From the NCBI GenBank assembly GCA_965203905.1, contig CBDBDQ010000005.1:5216001-5280000 (forward strand): DNA of 64,000 nt, written 5' to 3'. Both the position numbers and the translations under genes were made by a program. Shown here piece by piece: positions 48,892 through 58,552 of the stretch (the first letter of the stretch is position 1; each line of letters starts with the position of its first letter). The stretch comes from Spirochaetia bacterium (GTDB taxonomy: Bacteria > Spirochaetota > Spirochaetia > SZUA-6 > Bin103). The notes below the pieces were generated by a model that saw only the letters and a program-made list of their open reading frames with translations, was not told the DNA's origin and made no database searches.

Positions 48892-49860
48892 CTACCAGAG
48901 ACTCTGCCCGGAGATGGTCTTGGCCAGCCGGTTGACCGCCAGGATCAGGAGCAGGTTGATCACCGCGTTGAACAGGCCGATTGCGGCGCCGTAGGAGTAG
49001 TTGGGGATGCTGCTGACCAGCCCCACCTTGTACACGTAGGTGGCGATGATCTCGGAGCGCGCCAGGTTGAGCGGCACCTGCATCAGGTACACCTTCTCGA
49101 AGCCAAGGGTCATGATCTGGCCGCACTGGATGATCAGCAGCACCACGATGGTGGGCAGGATGCTGGGGATGTCGATGTGCAGGATGCGGCGGAAGCGGTT
49201 GGCGCCGTCGACGATCGCGGCCTCGTGCAACTCCGGATCCACGGTCGAAAGCGCCGCCAGGTAGATGATCGAGTTCCAGCCGGTGAGCTGCCAGACGCCG
49301 GACCACACGTACACGGAGCTGAACAGGGCGGGCTCGGAGAGGAACCTCACCCGCTCGAAGCCGAGCGCGGCGATGATGTCGTTGACGAAGCCGATGCGGG
49401 GCGAGAGAAACTGGATCAGCATGCCGACCATCACCACGGTGGAGATGAAGTAGGGCGCGTAGGTGACCATCTGCACCGTCTTCTTGAAGCGGCGGTTCAG
49501 GGAGCAGTTGAGCCCCAGGGCCAGCAGGATCGGGAACGGGAACCCGGCGGCCAGCGTGTAGAGGCTGATCTCCAGCGTGTTGCGCACCACGCGCACGAAG
49601 TAGGGCGAGTCGAAGAATTTCTGGAAGTACTTGAGGCCGACCCATTCGCTGCCCCAGATACCCTTGATCGCCAGGAAATTGCGGAACGCGATCTGGGTGC
49701 CGTACATCGGGATGTACATGAACACGAAGATGTACACCACCGGCAGCAGCACCAGCAGGTAGAGCTGATAGTTCACCGTCAGGTCGCGCCGCCACGACAG
49801 CAGGGAGCGGGCTAGCGGGCGTGATTCGGAAGCGTCGAGTGCCGCGCGCGGGTTACTCAC
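48892..49860 (-). CDS. Carbohydrate ABC permease (MalF/LplB-like)
   Basis: Y.PMYG..IAF, SEWVGLKYF, LHEAAIVDGA. Start is uncertain. Confidence 0.92.
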   Translation of the reverse strand: MSNPRAALDASESRPLARSLLSWRRDLTVNYQLYLLVLLPVVYIFVFMYIPMYGTQIAFRNFLAIKGIWGSEWVGLKYFQKFFDSPYFVRVVRNTLEISLYTLAAGFPFPILLALGLNCSLNRRFKKTVQMVTYAPYFISTVVMVGMLIQFLSPRIGFVNDIIAALGFERVRFLSEPALFSSVYVWSGVWQLTGWNSIIYLAALSTVDPELHEAAIVDGANRFRRILHIDIPSILPTIVVLLIIQCGQIMTLGFEKVYLMQVPLNLARSEIIATYVYKVGLVSSIPNYSYGAAIGLFNAVINLLLILAVNRLAKTISGQSLW

Positions 49861-49984
49861 AACGGTGCAGGAGAGGCTTGCACCGGCCGGCGCCGCTGTC
49901 AAGTTCACCGCGCCGCCGCGGTTCCGTGGCGGTGGACCAGATCGCGATGGTGAGATAGACTTAGCTCAACTTAGCTACAGAGAG

Positions 49985-50242
49985 ATGGCAATGCGCGTGA
50001 ACATGCACGAGGCGAAGTCGCAGCTCTCGCGGCTGGCGGAGTTGGCGTGGCAGGGTGAGGAGGTCGTGATCTGCAAGGCGGGCAAGCCGTGGCTGAACCT
50101 GATCCCCTACCGGGAGCGCCTGCAGGAGCGGAAGCCGGGAGGACTGGAAGGCCGGATCCGGATGTCTCCCGACTTCGACGACGAGGATGCGGAACTCATC
50201 GCCGATATCGAGAATTCGAAGATCCTGCCGGACGAGAGGTAG
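49985..50242 (+). CDS. Phd/YefM family antitoxin
   Basis: VNMHEAKSQLSRL....GEEVVI.KAGKP...RKPG. Direct repeat cttagct x2 just upstream (possible operator). Confidence 0.9.
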   Translation: MAMRVNMHEAKSQLSRLAELAWQGEEVVICKAGKPWLNLIPYRERLQERKPGGLEGRIRMSPDFDDEDAELIADIENSKILPDER

Positions 50243-50245
50243 AGG

Positions 50246-50626
50246 ATGCAGCGGTTGCTGTTGGACACCCACGCGTTTCTGTGGTGGGTGTCCGAGGTGG
50301 ACCGGCTGACGGCCGGCGCGCGCGCCGCCATCGCGGATCCGCGCAACGAGGTCTTCATCAGCGCCGTTACCGGCTGGGAGATCGCCGTCAAGAAAGCCAA
50401 GGGCAAATTGACCGCTCCCGACAACCTGGCGGCCATGGTTGACCGGAAGGGCTTCACGCACCTGCCACTGACCTACCACCACGCCGAGCAGTCGGCAGGC
50501 CTCCCCATGCATCATCGCGATCCGTTCGACCGCTTCCTGGTCGCCCAGGCCCAGGCCGAGGGCCTCATCCTCGTCACCCGTGATCGGAACATCCCACGGT
50601 ACGGGGTGCGTACCATAGGGGCTTGA
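50246..50626 (+). CDS. vapC: VapC PIN-domain toxin
   Basis: LLLDTHAFLWW, WEIAVK, HRDPFDRFLVAQA, LVTRD. Confidence 0.92.
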   Translation: MQRLLLDTHAFLWWVSEVDRLTAGARAAIADPRNEVFISAVTGWEIAVKKAKGKLTAPDNLAAMVDRKGFTHLPLTYHHAEQSAGLPMHHRDPFDRFLVAQAQAEGLILVTRDRNIPRYGVRTIGA

Positions 50627-50645
50627 ACCGGCGGTCGTCGCAGCG

Positions 50646-51780
50646 TCAGGCGTCGGCTACCTCGAACGCGGTGATGTTGCGCGTTGCGCGGCTGAACTCC
50701 ACTCCGACCAGGTGGATCGGTTCGCCGCCGCCCCGGTACTTCGCCACTTCCCGGTTCGGGTAACCCAGCCGGAACAGCGCCTTGCCGCCCAGCTCCTCCT
50801 CCCCGGTGATCGTCAGGTAGCCGGTCTGGAACAGCAGCGCCTCGGTGCCGATGTGCTCCACGTCGAACGCCGACAGCAGATCCTCCGTGCTGATCGTCTG
50901 GTCCAGTGACATCGACGACACCCGTCGCTCGAACAGCTCTTGCACCAGGAATGCCGGCGTGCCGGTCTCGAACCAGTGCGCGGCGAATCTGCGCCGCCTC
51001 AGCAGCAGCAGCACATCGTGCGGATTGTATACCTTCTCGCCGCCCAGCCAGGTATAGCCGTTGTACCACTCCCGCACCCGCTCCCGGTCCAGCCCGGCCA
51101 GCTCGGGACCGAACACGAGGTCCAGGTCATGCTCGGTGTAGCCGCAAATCGACGAATACACCGGATCCAGGGTGATGTCGGTGAGATTCACCTTCGAGAA
51201 CTTGGTGATGCCGGTGAGGAACGCGAACCGCACGTGCGCGTCGCTGTCCTTGATCACCCCGTACAGGCCGCTCAGGTAGTCGCGGTTGGCAGGCGCCACC
51301 TCCGGATTCTCCAGCGCGTCCAGGATCGGCTTGTCATACTCGTCCACGAGCACCGCCACCCGTTGCCCGCTTTCAGGTGCAGCGCTTCCAGCAGGTGGGC
51401 GAATCGCTCCGGTGCCGTGGGTAGTCCGACTTCACCCGGTGCGCCGCTGCACCGCATCCAACTGTGCCATCACGTTAGGTTCGACCGAACCGCGCTCTCC
51501 GAAGTGGTGGCCGCCGAAGCTCAGCCGCACCACCGGATGACGCTCCGACCAAGTCCAGCGCTCATGGATGTACAGCCCCGCGAACAGCTCCTCGCTGCCG
51601 TCGAACAGCTCGTTCTACGTGTCCAGGAACAGGCTCTTTCCGAACCGCCGCGGCGGCGACAGAAAGGAGTACTTGCCTTCGTCGAGCAGCCGTTTTACGT
51701 AGGCCGTCTTGTCCACGTAGTAACAGTTCGCGCAGCTCGCGGAAGGTCTGGATGCCGAGCGGCAGCCTGCGCGTGGTCAT
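50646..51780 (-). pseudogene. Decayed AAA-ATPase-like / PD-(D/E)XK nuclease fusion gene
   Basis: LPLGIQTF, a frameshift, then [14 protein letters not shown] and an in-frame TAG (51615-51617). More frameshifts precede VLVDEYDKP. YPNREV is joined directly to the family C-terminus, implying a large deletion. Confidence 0.88.
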
Positions 51781-51793
51781 CGCGTACTCCTCG

Positions 51794-52450
51794 TCACGTG
51801 GCCGAGCCGATCGACGGCGGAAACCAGTCTCGAAGGGTCGCCCTCAACTCGCTGAAGGCGGGATCTCTGCAGCTCCTGAAGTCTATCCTCTGCGCAAGAT
51901 CATGGAACTTCGTCGGCGAGCGCCGTACGCGCTTTCCCAACGCGGCCCGTTCCATCGCTCGTTGCATTGCGCGCTTCGGATCGAGTGGTTTCGGGAGTTC
52001 GGACGGCCACAGCCCCTGCGACTCAAGCCATGCCCGAAGCTGGTCGTAGCGCGCCTCCCAACCCAGGGCTCGAGACACGTGGGAGGAGCGAGTCCAGACC
52101 CACGCTTCTAGCTCCGGTTCGATGACGACGGCCTTGGAACGCTCTTTCCAACCGTTCGTTCCCAGTCGATTCTCAACTGCCTGCTGCGTTTCCTCGCGTG
52201 ATGCGGTGCTGCCCGATCCATGAAGGTCGAATACGACCATCGAGCGCTGGTAACGACCGACGAATGGTCGCAGATACTCAGCGGCCTGCGTCCTGCATCC
52301 GGGATCGCGGTTTGGGTGCCTCCTGACATCGAAGCTGACGTTCCCGACCCTGATACGACGCGGACGCGAAAGCAGGCCTCTGATGGCTTGTTCGATGTCG
52401 AGATCCGCAACGAGGACGATCAGATCACCAGATTCGTGGTTGCCGCTCAT
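51794..52450 (-). CDS. Partner of the ATPase; resembles MADS Mad4 (TOPRIM/DUF4276-like)
   Basis: DLIVLVAD.DIE..IRGLL, H..RDPGC, VVFD..G.G, IEPELEAWVW, DPK, C.DPAF. Overlaps the ATPase stop. Confidence 0.65.
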   Translation of the reverse strand: MSGNHESGDLIVLVADLDIEQAIRGLLSRPRRIRVGNVSFDVRRHPNRDPGCRTQAAEYLRPFVGRYQRSMVVFDLHGSGSTASREETQQAVENRLGTNGWKERSKAVVIEPELEAWVWTRSSHVSRALGWEARYDQLRAWLESQGLWPSELPKPLDPKRAMQRAMERAALGKRVRRSPTKFHDLAQRIDFRSCRDPAFSELRATLRDWFPPSIGSAT

Positions 52451-53709
52451 CCGATGACACCGGTCGCGAACAACAGGCTCATGTCCGCTGTACCGTGCCA
52501 GTCCTCGAGATGGGGATGGTCGACCCCACGGACGATGTCCGTCGCTCCTTCGTCGTCCTTCGCAAAACAGAGCACCTCTTCCGGGTCGGCGAGCCTCAGG
52601 AACGCAGGGGAATGCGTTGCCACCAGTACCTGCGAATCGTAAACCGAAGCAAGTGAATCGTAGACTGCATCGAGCGCCAGCGGATGCACGCCGTTCTCCG
52701 GTTCCTCCAGGAGATACACCTCATCACTGGTCGGAAGATAAGGGAGGAGGGTGAGTGCCAGAAACCGGAGCGTCCCGTCAGAAGTCATCCACGATGGCAC
52801 TCGTACACCGGTCTCGTACCGCAGCCTCAGGTAACTGTGTCTATCGTCTTTGCGTATGGCAACACGTATGTCTTCCAAATCCGCCAGGATCGTTTGCACG
52901 TGTCGTAACCAATCATCGTAGTCCTCGCTGTGATTCTTCCTGAGATGTGTAACGGCCCAAGGAAGATTAGAGCCGTCGGGTGCGAAGTCGGCGCGACGCA
53001 GGTGCGGTGGACTTGCCTGACGCATCCTTACGGTATCGAGAAACAACGGCTTGATCCGTCTCTGTAGAATTTGTTTCACATAGGTGGCGGCAGGAAACTT
53101 CTCGGATGACTCGGGCAGGTTTCCCAACGCAGAACGTCGCGTTCCAAACGACACACTCGTGACCCATCCGGCTCTCGATCGTTCGGAGACTTCGATGTTG
53201 AAGGTATCTCTGCCTTGCCTGGACTTGCTCAGGATCGTCCTGATGCCACGCGGCTTTCCCATCAGCACCGTGTCGGGAGTCGGCATGGGATCAGGAAACA
53301 TAGACCTCTGGTGCACGTCGGGCTTCGGCTCCGGCATCAGTATTCCTCGTTCGGACTCGATGATCACGCCCTCATCGTCTTCGCTGATTGCCAGTTCGTA
53401 GCGAAACACCCGAAAGTCCCTTGCCGCGGGAAGCTGATCCTTCACCTCCTGTGGCAGGTCGAACTCCACGGCCAACTCGAATCCGCACTCATGATCGGGG
53501 CGTCCCCACACCAGGTCCTGAAAATTGCGCGTGCGCTGCTCCACGGCAGCTTCAAGTCCATCCTCGACCAAGTCGCCGAGGAATGCCACGACATCGAATA
53601 GAGTGCTCTTGCCGCTCGCGTTGGGCCCTACCAGGACGTGAAAGCGGTCCAGACGGACGTCCACGTAGCGCAGACAACGATAGCCGAGAGCCTGGATACG
53701 GCGAATCAT
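52447..53709 (-). CDS. ABC-type (AAA_21/OLD-like) ATPase; resembles MADS Mad3
   Basis: Walker A GPNASGKST, signature SDGTLR, Walker B LLEEPENGVHP, H-loop ATHSP. Confidence 0.85.
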   Translation of the reverse strand: MIRRIQALGYRCLRYVDVRLDRFHVLVGPNASGKSTLFDVVAFLGDLVEDGLEAAVEQRTRNFQDLVWGRPDHECGFELAVEFDLPQEVKDQLPAARDFRVFRYELAISEDDEGVIIESERGILMPEPKPDVHQRSMFPDPMPTPDTVLMGKPRGIRTILSKSRQGRDTFNIEVSERSRAGWVTSVSFGTRRSALGNLPESSEKFPAATYVKQILQRRIKPLFLDTVRMRQASPPHLRRADFAPDGSNLPWAVTHLRKNHSEDYDDWLRHVQTILADLEDIRVAIRKDDRHSYLRLRYETGVRVPSWMTSDGTLRFLALTLLPYLPTSDEVYLLEEPENGVHPLALDAVYDSLASVYDSQVLVATHSPAFLRLADPEEVLCFAKDDEGATDIVRGVDHPHLEDWHGTADMSLLFATGVIG

Positions 53710-53914
53710 GGGCACTGCCATCTTATCATGTGAACGCGTAGCAGCATGTCGCCGCGTTACCGCGGCCCGGTCGCTCTCAAGCCGAAGATGGTGGTCACGA
53801 CGTCCTCAGATCCCGGTGCATCTGCCGGGGTGTATGGGCTCTGCCGAGGGTGAGCACGTGGTTCCGGATCGACTCCAGTGCGCTCGGGCAGTACTGGGTC
53901 CAACCGTCGTCCGG

Positions 53915-54292
53915 TCACCCGTCGTGCCAGCGGGTGTCGCTGCCGGTGCCGGTGAAGCGGTTGTAGCGGTTGACGTAGTCCTCGCGTACGGGGCTGAAGA
54001 TGTCGAGGACGCGCGCCGGCCCCTCGGTCACCACGCCGGAATGAACCACGTGGCTGGGGATGATGAAGGCGTCGCCGGGCACCAGCTCGCGTTCCTCGTC
54101 GCCGATGCGCAGGCGCAGCCTGCCCTCCAGGACCAGTCCGGCCTGCTCGTGCGGGTGGCTGTGCTCCGGCACCACGCCTTCGTGCTCCATCTCCAGTGCC
54201 GACAGCATGAGCTGGCTCCCGGCGGCCAAGGCACTCCGCACCCCCGGAAACAGCTCCATCTTGGGCAACTCGTTCAGTGCAATGAATGGCAT
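53915..54292 (-). CDS. Cupin-domain protein
   Basis: PEHSHPHEQ...IPSHVVH...LDIFSPVREDY. Confidence 0.9.
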   Translation of the reverse strand: MPFIALNELPKMELFPGVRSALAAGSQLMLSALEMEHEGVVPEHSHPHEQAGLVLEGRLRLRIGDEERELVPGDAFIIPSHVVHSGVVTEGPARVLDIFSPVREDYVNRYNRFTGTGSDTRWHDG

Positions 54293-54422
54293 CGGTTCCT
54301 CCCGTGGCGGGGGTTAGCGCCCCAAAACCGTCCCCTTCCGGTGACGCTCTTGGCCCATCCCGTCCGCGCACTACGAGTCTGTCGCAATGCGACAGACTCG
54401 TAGTGTACCATCCGTGGGCGTG

Positions 54423-55592
54423 ATGCGGGCGTTGGCGCAGGACTACGTGGTGGTGGCGGAGTCGCCGGACAAGGAGCGGGTGTACGCCGGGTCGCCGGGG
54501 TTGGCGCGGCTGCCCGGAGGGGAGCTGGTCGCCAGCTACGAGTGGTTCCGGGCCAAGCCGCACACGGAGACGATCCCCAACCAGACCGAGGTGCGGGTCA
54601 GCGGCGACGGCGGCGCCACCTGGGAGCTGCGCGGCAGCACCGACATCATCTGGCCGAGCACCTTCGCCCACGGCGATGCGCTCTACATGATTGGCAACCG
54701 GCGCCGGTCGCGGGAGGTGGTGATCAGCCGCTCCCGGGACGGCGGTCACACCTGGACGGCTGAGGTGACGATCTGCGAGCGACGCAGCCACGGCGCGCCG
54801 ACCGCGATCACCTTTCAGGGAGGCCAGGTGTACCGCGCCTTCGAGACCTGTCCCCACACCGGGCGCGGCGGCGGCGGGCGCTCCTCCTGGGAGTCGTTCG
54901 TGATGGCCGGCGACCTGGGGCGGGACCTGCTCGATCCGGCGGCCTGGCGCGCTTCGCCGCAGGAGCGGTTTCCCGGGGCGCCACCCGGCCTCAATACGCG
55001 CAGCTACCCGGCGGACACCGGCACCGAGGACTGCTGGATCGAGGGCAACATCATTTCGGTGCAGGGGCAACTCCGCAACCTGTTGCGGGTGCACCTGTAC
55101 GGGCGCGCGACGGTGGGCATGGCGGGGATCTGCGACCTGGACGACGACGGCACCAGCATGCACTACCGCTTCAGCCAGTTCTGCCCGATGCTCGGCGGGC
55201 AGTGCAAGTTTCACATCCTCTACGACGAGCCGTCCGGGCTGTTCTGGAGCGCGGTGAACCCGGTCAGCGACTCCTGGACGCCGGTGGAGGACGAGCTGCG
55301 CGCGATCCGGTTCCAGGGCATTCCGGGCAACGAACGGCGCATCCTGATGCTGATCTACAGCGCCGACGCCCAGAACTGGTTCCAGGCCGGCTGCATCGCC
55401 ATGAGCCGGCGCATGCTGGACGCCTTCAGCTATGCCTCCAACCTGGTGGACGGCGACGACCTGCTGGTGTTGTCGCGCACGTCGGTCAACGCCTACAACC
55501 AGCACAATGGCAACCTGATCACCCTGCACCGGGTAAGGAACTTCCGCGACTTGGCCCTCGACTTGAGCCGCGACTTCAGCCCCTCCACCTGA
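54423..55592 (+). CDS. BNR/Asp-box sialidase-like protein
   Basis: Asp-boxes SGDGGATW and SRDGGHTW; SP.L.RLP.G.L.ASY. Confidence 0.78.
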   Translation: MRALAQDYVVVAESPDKERVYAGSPGLARLPGGELVASYEWFRAKPHTETIPNQTEVRVSGDGGATWELRGSTDIIWPSTFAHGDALYMIGNRRRSREVVISRSRDGGHTWTAEVTICERRSHGAPTAITFQGGQVYRAFETCPHTGRGGGGRSSWESFVMAGDLGRDLLDPAAWRASPQERFPGAPPGLNTRSYPADTGTEDCWIEGNIISVQGQLRNLLRVHLYGRATVGMAGICDLDDDGTSMHYRFSQFCPMLGGQCKFHILYDEPSGLFWSAVNPVSDSWTPVEDELRAIRFQGIPGNERRILMLIYSADAQNWFQAGCIAMSRRMLDAFSYASNLVDGDDLLVLSRTSVNAYNQHNGNLITLHRVRNFRDLALDLSRDFSPST

Positions 55593-55594
55593 CC

Positions 55595-55846
55595 ATGGGT
55601 CGCCGAACCGACTCCGCACCGGGCATTGACAGTCTTCCAGGTGTATGCGGTGGCGAGCCCTGCATCGTCAGGACCAGGATCCCGGTTTGGCTTCTGGAGC
55701 AGGCACGGAGGTCGGGAACCAGCGAAGCCGATCTGTTGAGTGCTTATCCAACACTCCACGCGGAAGACTTGGCGAACGCATGGGCATACGTTCGCTCCCA
55801 TGGACCAGAGATCGAGCGTGTCATCCGGGAGAACGAGGACGTGTAA
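55595..55846 (+). CDS. DUF433 family protein, no adjacent toxin
   Basis: PGVCGGEPCIVRTRIPVW...LLSAYPTL..EDL.NAWAY. Confidence 0.88.
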   Translation: MGRRTDSAPGIDSLPGVCGGEPCIVRTRIPVWLLEQARRSGTSEADLLSAYPTLHAEDLANAWAYVRSHGPEIERVIRENEDV

Positions 55847-55868
55847 GTGGTGTAACGGGTGAACGCGG

Positions 55869-56504
55869 TCAGCGGGCGGTGTCGGAGACCTCGTGGATCA
55901 TGCCCTGGAACTCCAGCACCAGGCGCGAGCCGTCGTCGCGGGTCAGCTCCAGGCGGGTGCCTCCGCGCGCCGGGGAGCGGCCCTGGCTGACCTTGCCGTC
56001 GGTGAAGCAGCCGACCACCTCGCCGAGGAACAGGTCGTGGGAGCCCAGGGGCACGATCTTGCCGACCTTGCACTCGTAGCTGATGGGACACTCGGCGATG
56101 TGCGGCGAGCGGATGCGGCGCCCGGGCGCGGCGGTGAGGCCGGTCTCCTTGAACTTATCGACCGTCGGGTCCTTGCCGCGCGAGAGCCGGCCGCATTCCA
56201 CCACCTGTTCCCGCAGCCGGTCGGTGGGGATGTTGAGGGCGAAGTCCATGCTGCGCTGCAGCAGCTCGTGGGTGCCGCGCTTGTAGTACTCGAAGGTGTG
56301 CTCCTCGACGCTCACCGCCACACCGAGGTAGAAGGGCAGGCGGTTGAGCCAGCCCCAGCCCACGGCGGGCATGATGTTGGGGATGCCGGTGACGTCGTCG
56401 GCCACGCTGACCAGGGCCGGCGTCACGGGGAGGAAGCCGGGGGTCGCGAAGTGCTGGTCGAACGGGGGGATGCTGCGATCGTGCTCGGTGTAGATCTTGG
56501 CCAT
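55869..56504 (-). CDS. Flavin reductase-like protein (DIM6/NTAB)
   Basis: FALNIP, DKF..TGLT, PHIAECP..YEC.V, GSHDLFLGEVV. Confidence 0.88.
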   Translation of the reverse strand: MAKIYTEHDRSIPPFDQHFATPGFLPVTPALVSVADDVTGIPNIMPAVGWGWLNRLPFYLGVAVSVEEHTFEYYKRGTHELLQRSMDFALNIPTDRLREQVVECGRLSRGKDPTVDKFKETGLTAAPGRRIRSPHIAECPISYECKVGKIVPLGSHDLFLGEVVGCFTDGKVSQGRSPARGGTRLELTRDDGSRLVLEFQGMIHEVSDTAR

Positions 56505-56587
56505 GGATCGCGTGCAGGATGGTGGCGGCGGGCGCGGCCGTCAACGCCGTCCTGGCGGGAAATCGCGTTGCCGGCAAAGGGGTATCC

Positions 56588-57760
56588 ATGGGAGCACTGG
56601 CCGAACAGTACCTGCGAGCCATAGAGGCGCGGCTTGCCGGCCTGGGTGCGCAACTGCCCGCCATCGCGGCCACGGCAGCGGTCGCCGCCGAGCGGGCCTG
56701 CGCCGGCGGTCGGATCTGGGCGGTCAGCGACGAGGAGGGCTTCATCGGCGAGTACCAGCAGCGGGCCTCGGGGCTGATGATGATGAGCGGCCTGCCGGGG
56801 AATGGCGCCCTGCCTCTCGACGAAGCCGTCGGAGCCGGGGACGCCGCGCTCGCCGGCACCCAGCATCACGACCCGGAGCGCCAGGGTGAGCTGCTGCGCG
56901 CGCTCTCCGAGCGGGGCGTGCACGTCACCCTGGTAGGCGCGGCCGCATCGCCGTTGCGCGAGTACGCAACCGCCTTTATCGACAGCGGGCTGCCGGTCGG
57001 CACCGCACCGCTGCTGGAGCACGAGGGCGCGGCCGTGTGCCCCGCGGCCAGCGTGGTGAACATCGCCGCCGGCTGGCTGTGGGCGCTGGAGATGGCCAAC
57101 GCCTGCCACCTGCGGGGCAGGGCGCCGGTGTTTCTGGTCAGCGGCGGTCTGGCCGCCGGCGCCGACCGCAACCGGCAGCACCAGGGCAAGGCGTTCCACG
57201 ATTCCGGTGAGTACGAGGTGGTACCGGCGCCCGCGGGCCAGCGGGGCACCGAGTTGCTCGCGGAGTGGATGCGCTGTCTCACCAGCATCCGCGCCACGGA
57301 GATGGACAAGCTCGCCGAGATCGGTGCTCTTGCCGCCGCCACCCGCGCCGCGGGGCACACCGTGTGGTGCGCCTCGAGCGGTCACAACCTGCCGGCGCAG
57401 CGTGGCATCGAGGGCGACCCGGGCCTGTTCCGGCTGCAGTTTCCCGAGCGCGGCGAGGAGCCCGACTTCGCCCCAGGCGACTGCTACATCTACAACGGCT
57501 ACTACCTGTTCCCCGCGGAGCAACTGGCCGCGGCACGCGCGGCCGGGGTGCGCTCCGCCTGGATCATGGGCGGCAGAGAGATCGAGGTGATCTACGCGCA
57601 CCCCGGAGAGATCCACGTCGACGGCTACTGGCGCTACGGCGACGCCAGCCTGCACCTGCCCGGCTACGACTACCGCGTGATCCCGCCATCCGGCGTCATC
57701 ACCACCACCCTGCTGTGGCTGCTGCAGGCCGTCGCCATCGACGCCGGCGCACGCCGGTAG
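56588..57760 (+). CDS. Hypothetical protein with tandem SIS-like domains
   Basis: Two repeats of 'helix - A......GG/GH.(I/V)W' (AAERACAGGRIW; AATRAAGHTVW...GH) and PxSxV motifs (PAASVV; PPSGVI). Confidence 0.55.
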   Translation: MGALAEQYLRAIEARLAGLGAQLPAIAATAAVAAERACAGGRIWAVSDEEGFIGEYQQRASGLMMMSGLPGNGALPLDEAVGAGDAALAGTQHHDPERQGELLRALSERGVHVTLVGAAASPLREYATAFIDSGLPVGTAPLLEHEGAAVCPAASVVNIAAGWLWALEMANACHLRGRAPVFLVSGGLAAGADRNRQHQGKAFHDSGEYEVVPAPAGQRGTELLAEWMRCLTSIRATEMDKLAEIGALAAATRAAGHTVWCASSGHNLPAQRGIEGDPGLFRLQFPERGEEPDFAPGDCYIYNGYYLFPAEQLAAARAAGVRSAWIMGGREIEVIYAHPGEIHVDGYWRYGDASLHLPGYDYRVIPPSGVITTTLLWLLQAVAIDAGARR

Positions 57761-57774
57761 CCTGCGCGCAACCG

Positions 57775-58200
57775 CTATTCCGCAGCGTTGAAGGCGTTCA
57801 GGAATGCCGCGGGGGTCAGGATCGGGATACCGCGGAACGGTGTCATGTCCAGGAGGTCGCGGTCTCCCGTGATCAGACAGTCGGCCTCGCCGGCCAGCGC
57901 CGTCTCCAGGAACTTGTCGTCGTCCCGGTCGGGGCATCCGAGCTTGGCTCCCGTGATCGAAGTGCGCTCGGACACTCCCATCAGCTGGACGAGGTACGTC
58001 AACCTGACCCGCTGACTCACGTTACGGCCGAACTTCGGTCGCAGCAGACGGCTGTGCAACTCCTGGAAGGTCTCGTTGGAGAACAGGAGCACGCCGCTCG
58101 TCGGGCGGATGGCATCCACCACGGCACGTGGCGTTCGCCTCGGCTTGAGTGCTGCGCTGATCAATACGTTGGTGTCGACAACGATGCGCTCAGCTCTCAT
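57775..58200 (-). CDS. PIN-family putative TA toxin
   Basis: IVVDTNVLISA, C.D.DDDKFLE.A..G.AD.LITGD.DLL. Confidence 0.9.
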   Translation of the reverse strand: MRAERIVVDTNVLISAALKPRRTPRAVVDAIRPTSGVLLFSNETFQELHSRLLRPKFGRNVSQRVRLTYLVQLMGVSERTSITGAKLGCPDRDDDKFLETALAGEADCLITGDRDLLDMTPFRGIPILTPAAFLNAFNAAE

Positions 58201-58441
58201 CCGCAAGCAGGGCTTTGAGCTCGGCGTCGGTCAGGCCTCTTGCCGATGCCTCCTCTCCCATGGCGTCCATGGTCGCGGTGAGACGTTCCCACGCCGAGCC
58301 GCGGAGTTGATCGTAGAGCTGCGTCGACAGCATGACCGTGACTGCTCGGCCGTTCCTGGTGACGCGCACGGGAGCGCGTTGCGCGGCATCGAGCAACTGA
58401 CCAAAGCGGTTCTTGGCTTCTCGCGCACTGATGTCATTCAT
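58190..58441 (-). CDS. Phd/YefM family antitoxin
   Basis: ISAREAKNRFGQLLD.AQR.PV.VTRNGR. Confidence 0.9.
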   Translation of the reverse strand: MNDISAREAKNRFGQLLDAAQRAPVRVTRNGRAVTVMLSTQLYDQLRGSAWERLTATMDAMGEEASARGLTDAELKALLADES

Positions 58442-58448
58442 GCGCGCC

Positions 58449-58477
58449 ATAGTAGCTACAATGGCTCTTCCGGTCAA
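58449..58477 (-). promoter_or_regulatory. TA promoter with overlapping palindrome; probable leaderless transcript
   Basis: TTGACC, 17 bp spacer, TACTAT, with ATG 8 nt downstream. Palindrome gtagctac at 58452-58459. Confidence 0.55.
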
Positions 58478-58485
58478 TGGAGGAA

Positions 58486-58523
58486 AGGGGAGGCAACGTC
58501 CGCTGCGGGACGCTGCCCCCCCT
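58486..58523 (-). terminator. Terminator-like hairpin after the SBP gene
   Basis: Minus-strand stem a-(g-run)-cagcgtcc / ggacgttgcctcccct, with G-U pairs. Confidence 0.6.
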
Positions 58524-58552
58524 GTAAGGCGGGTTGCCTACTCTGGGTTACG

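Noticed and set aside
51794-53709. Complete MADS defence system
   Set aside because: No methyltransferase, specificity, kinase or other mad genes in the flanks.
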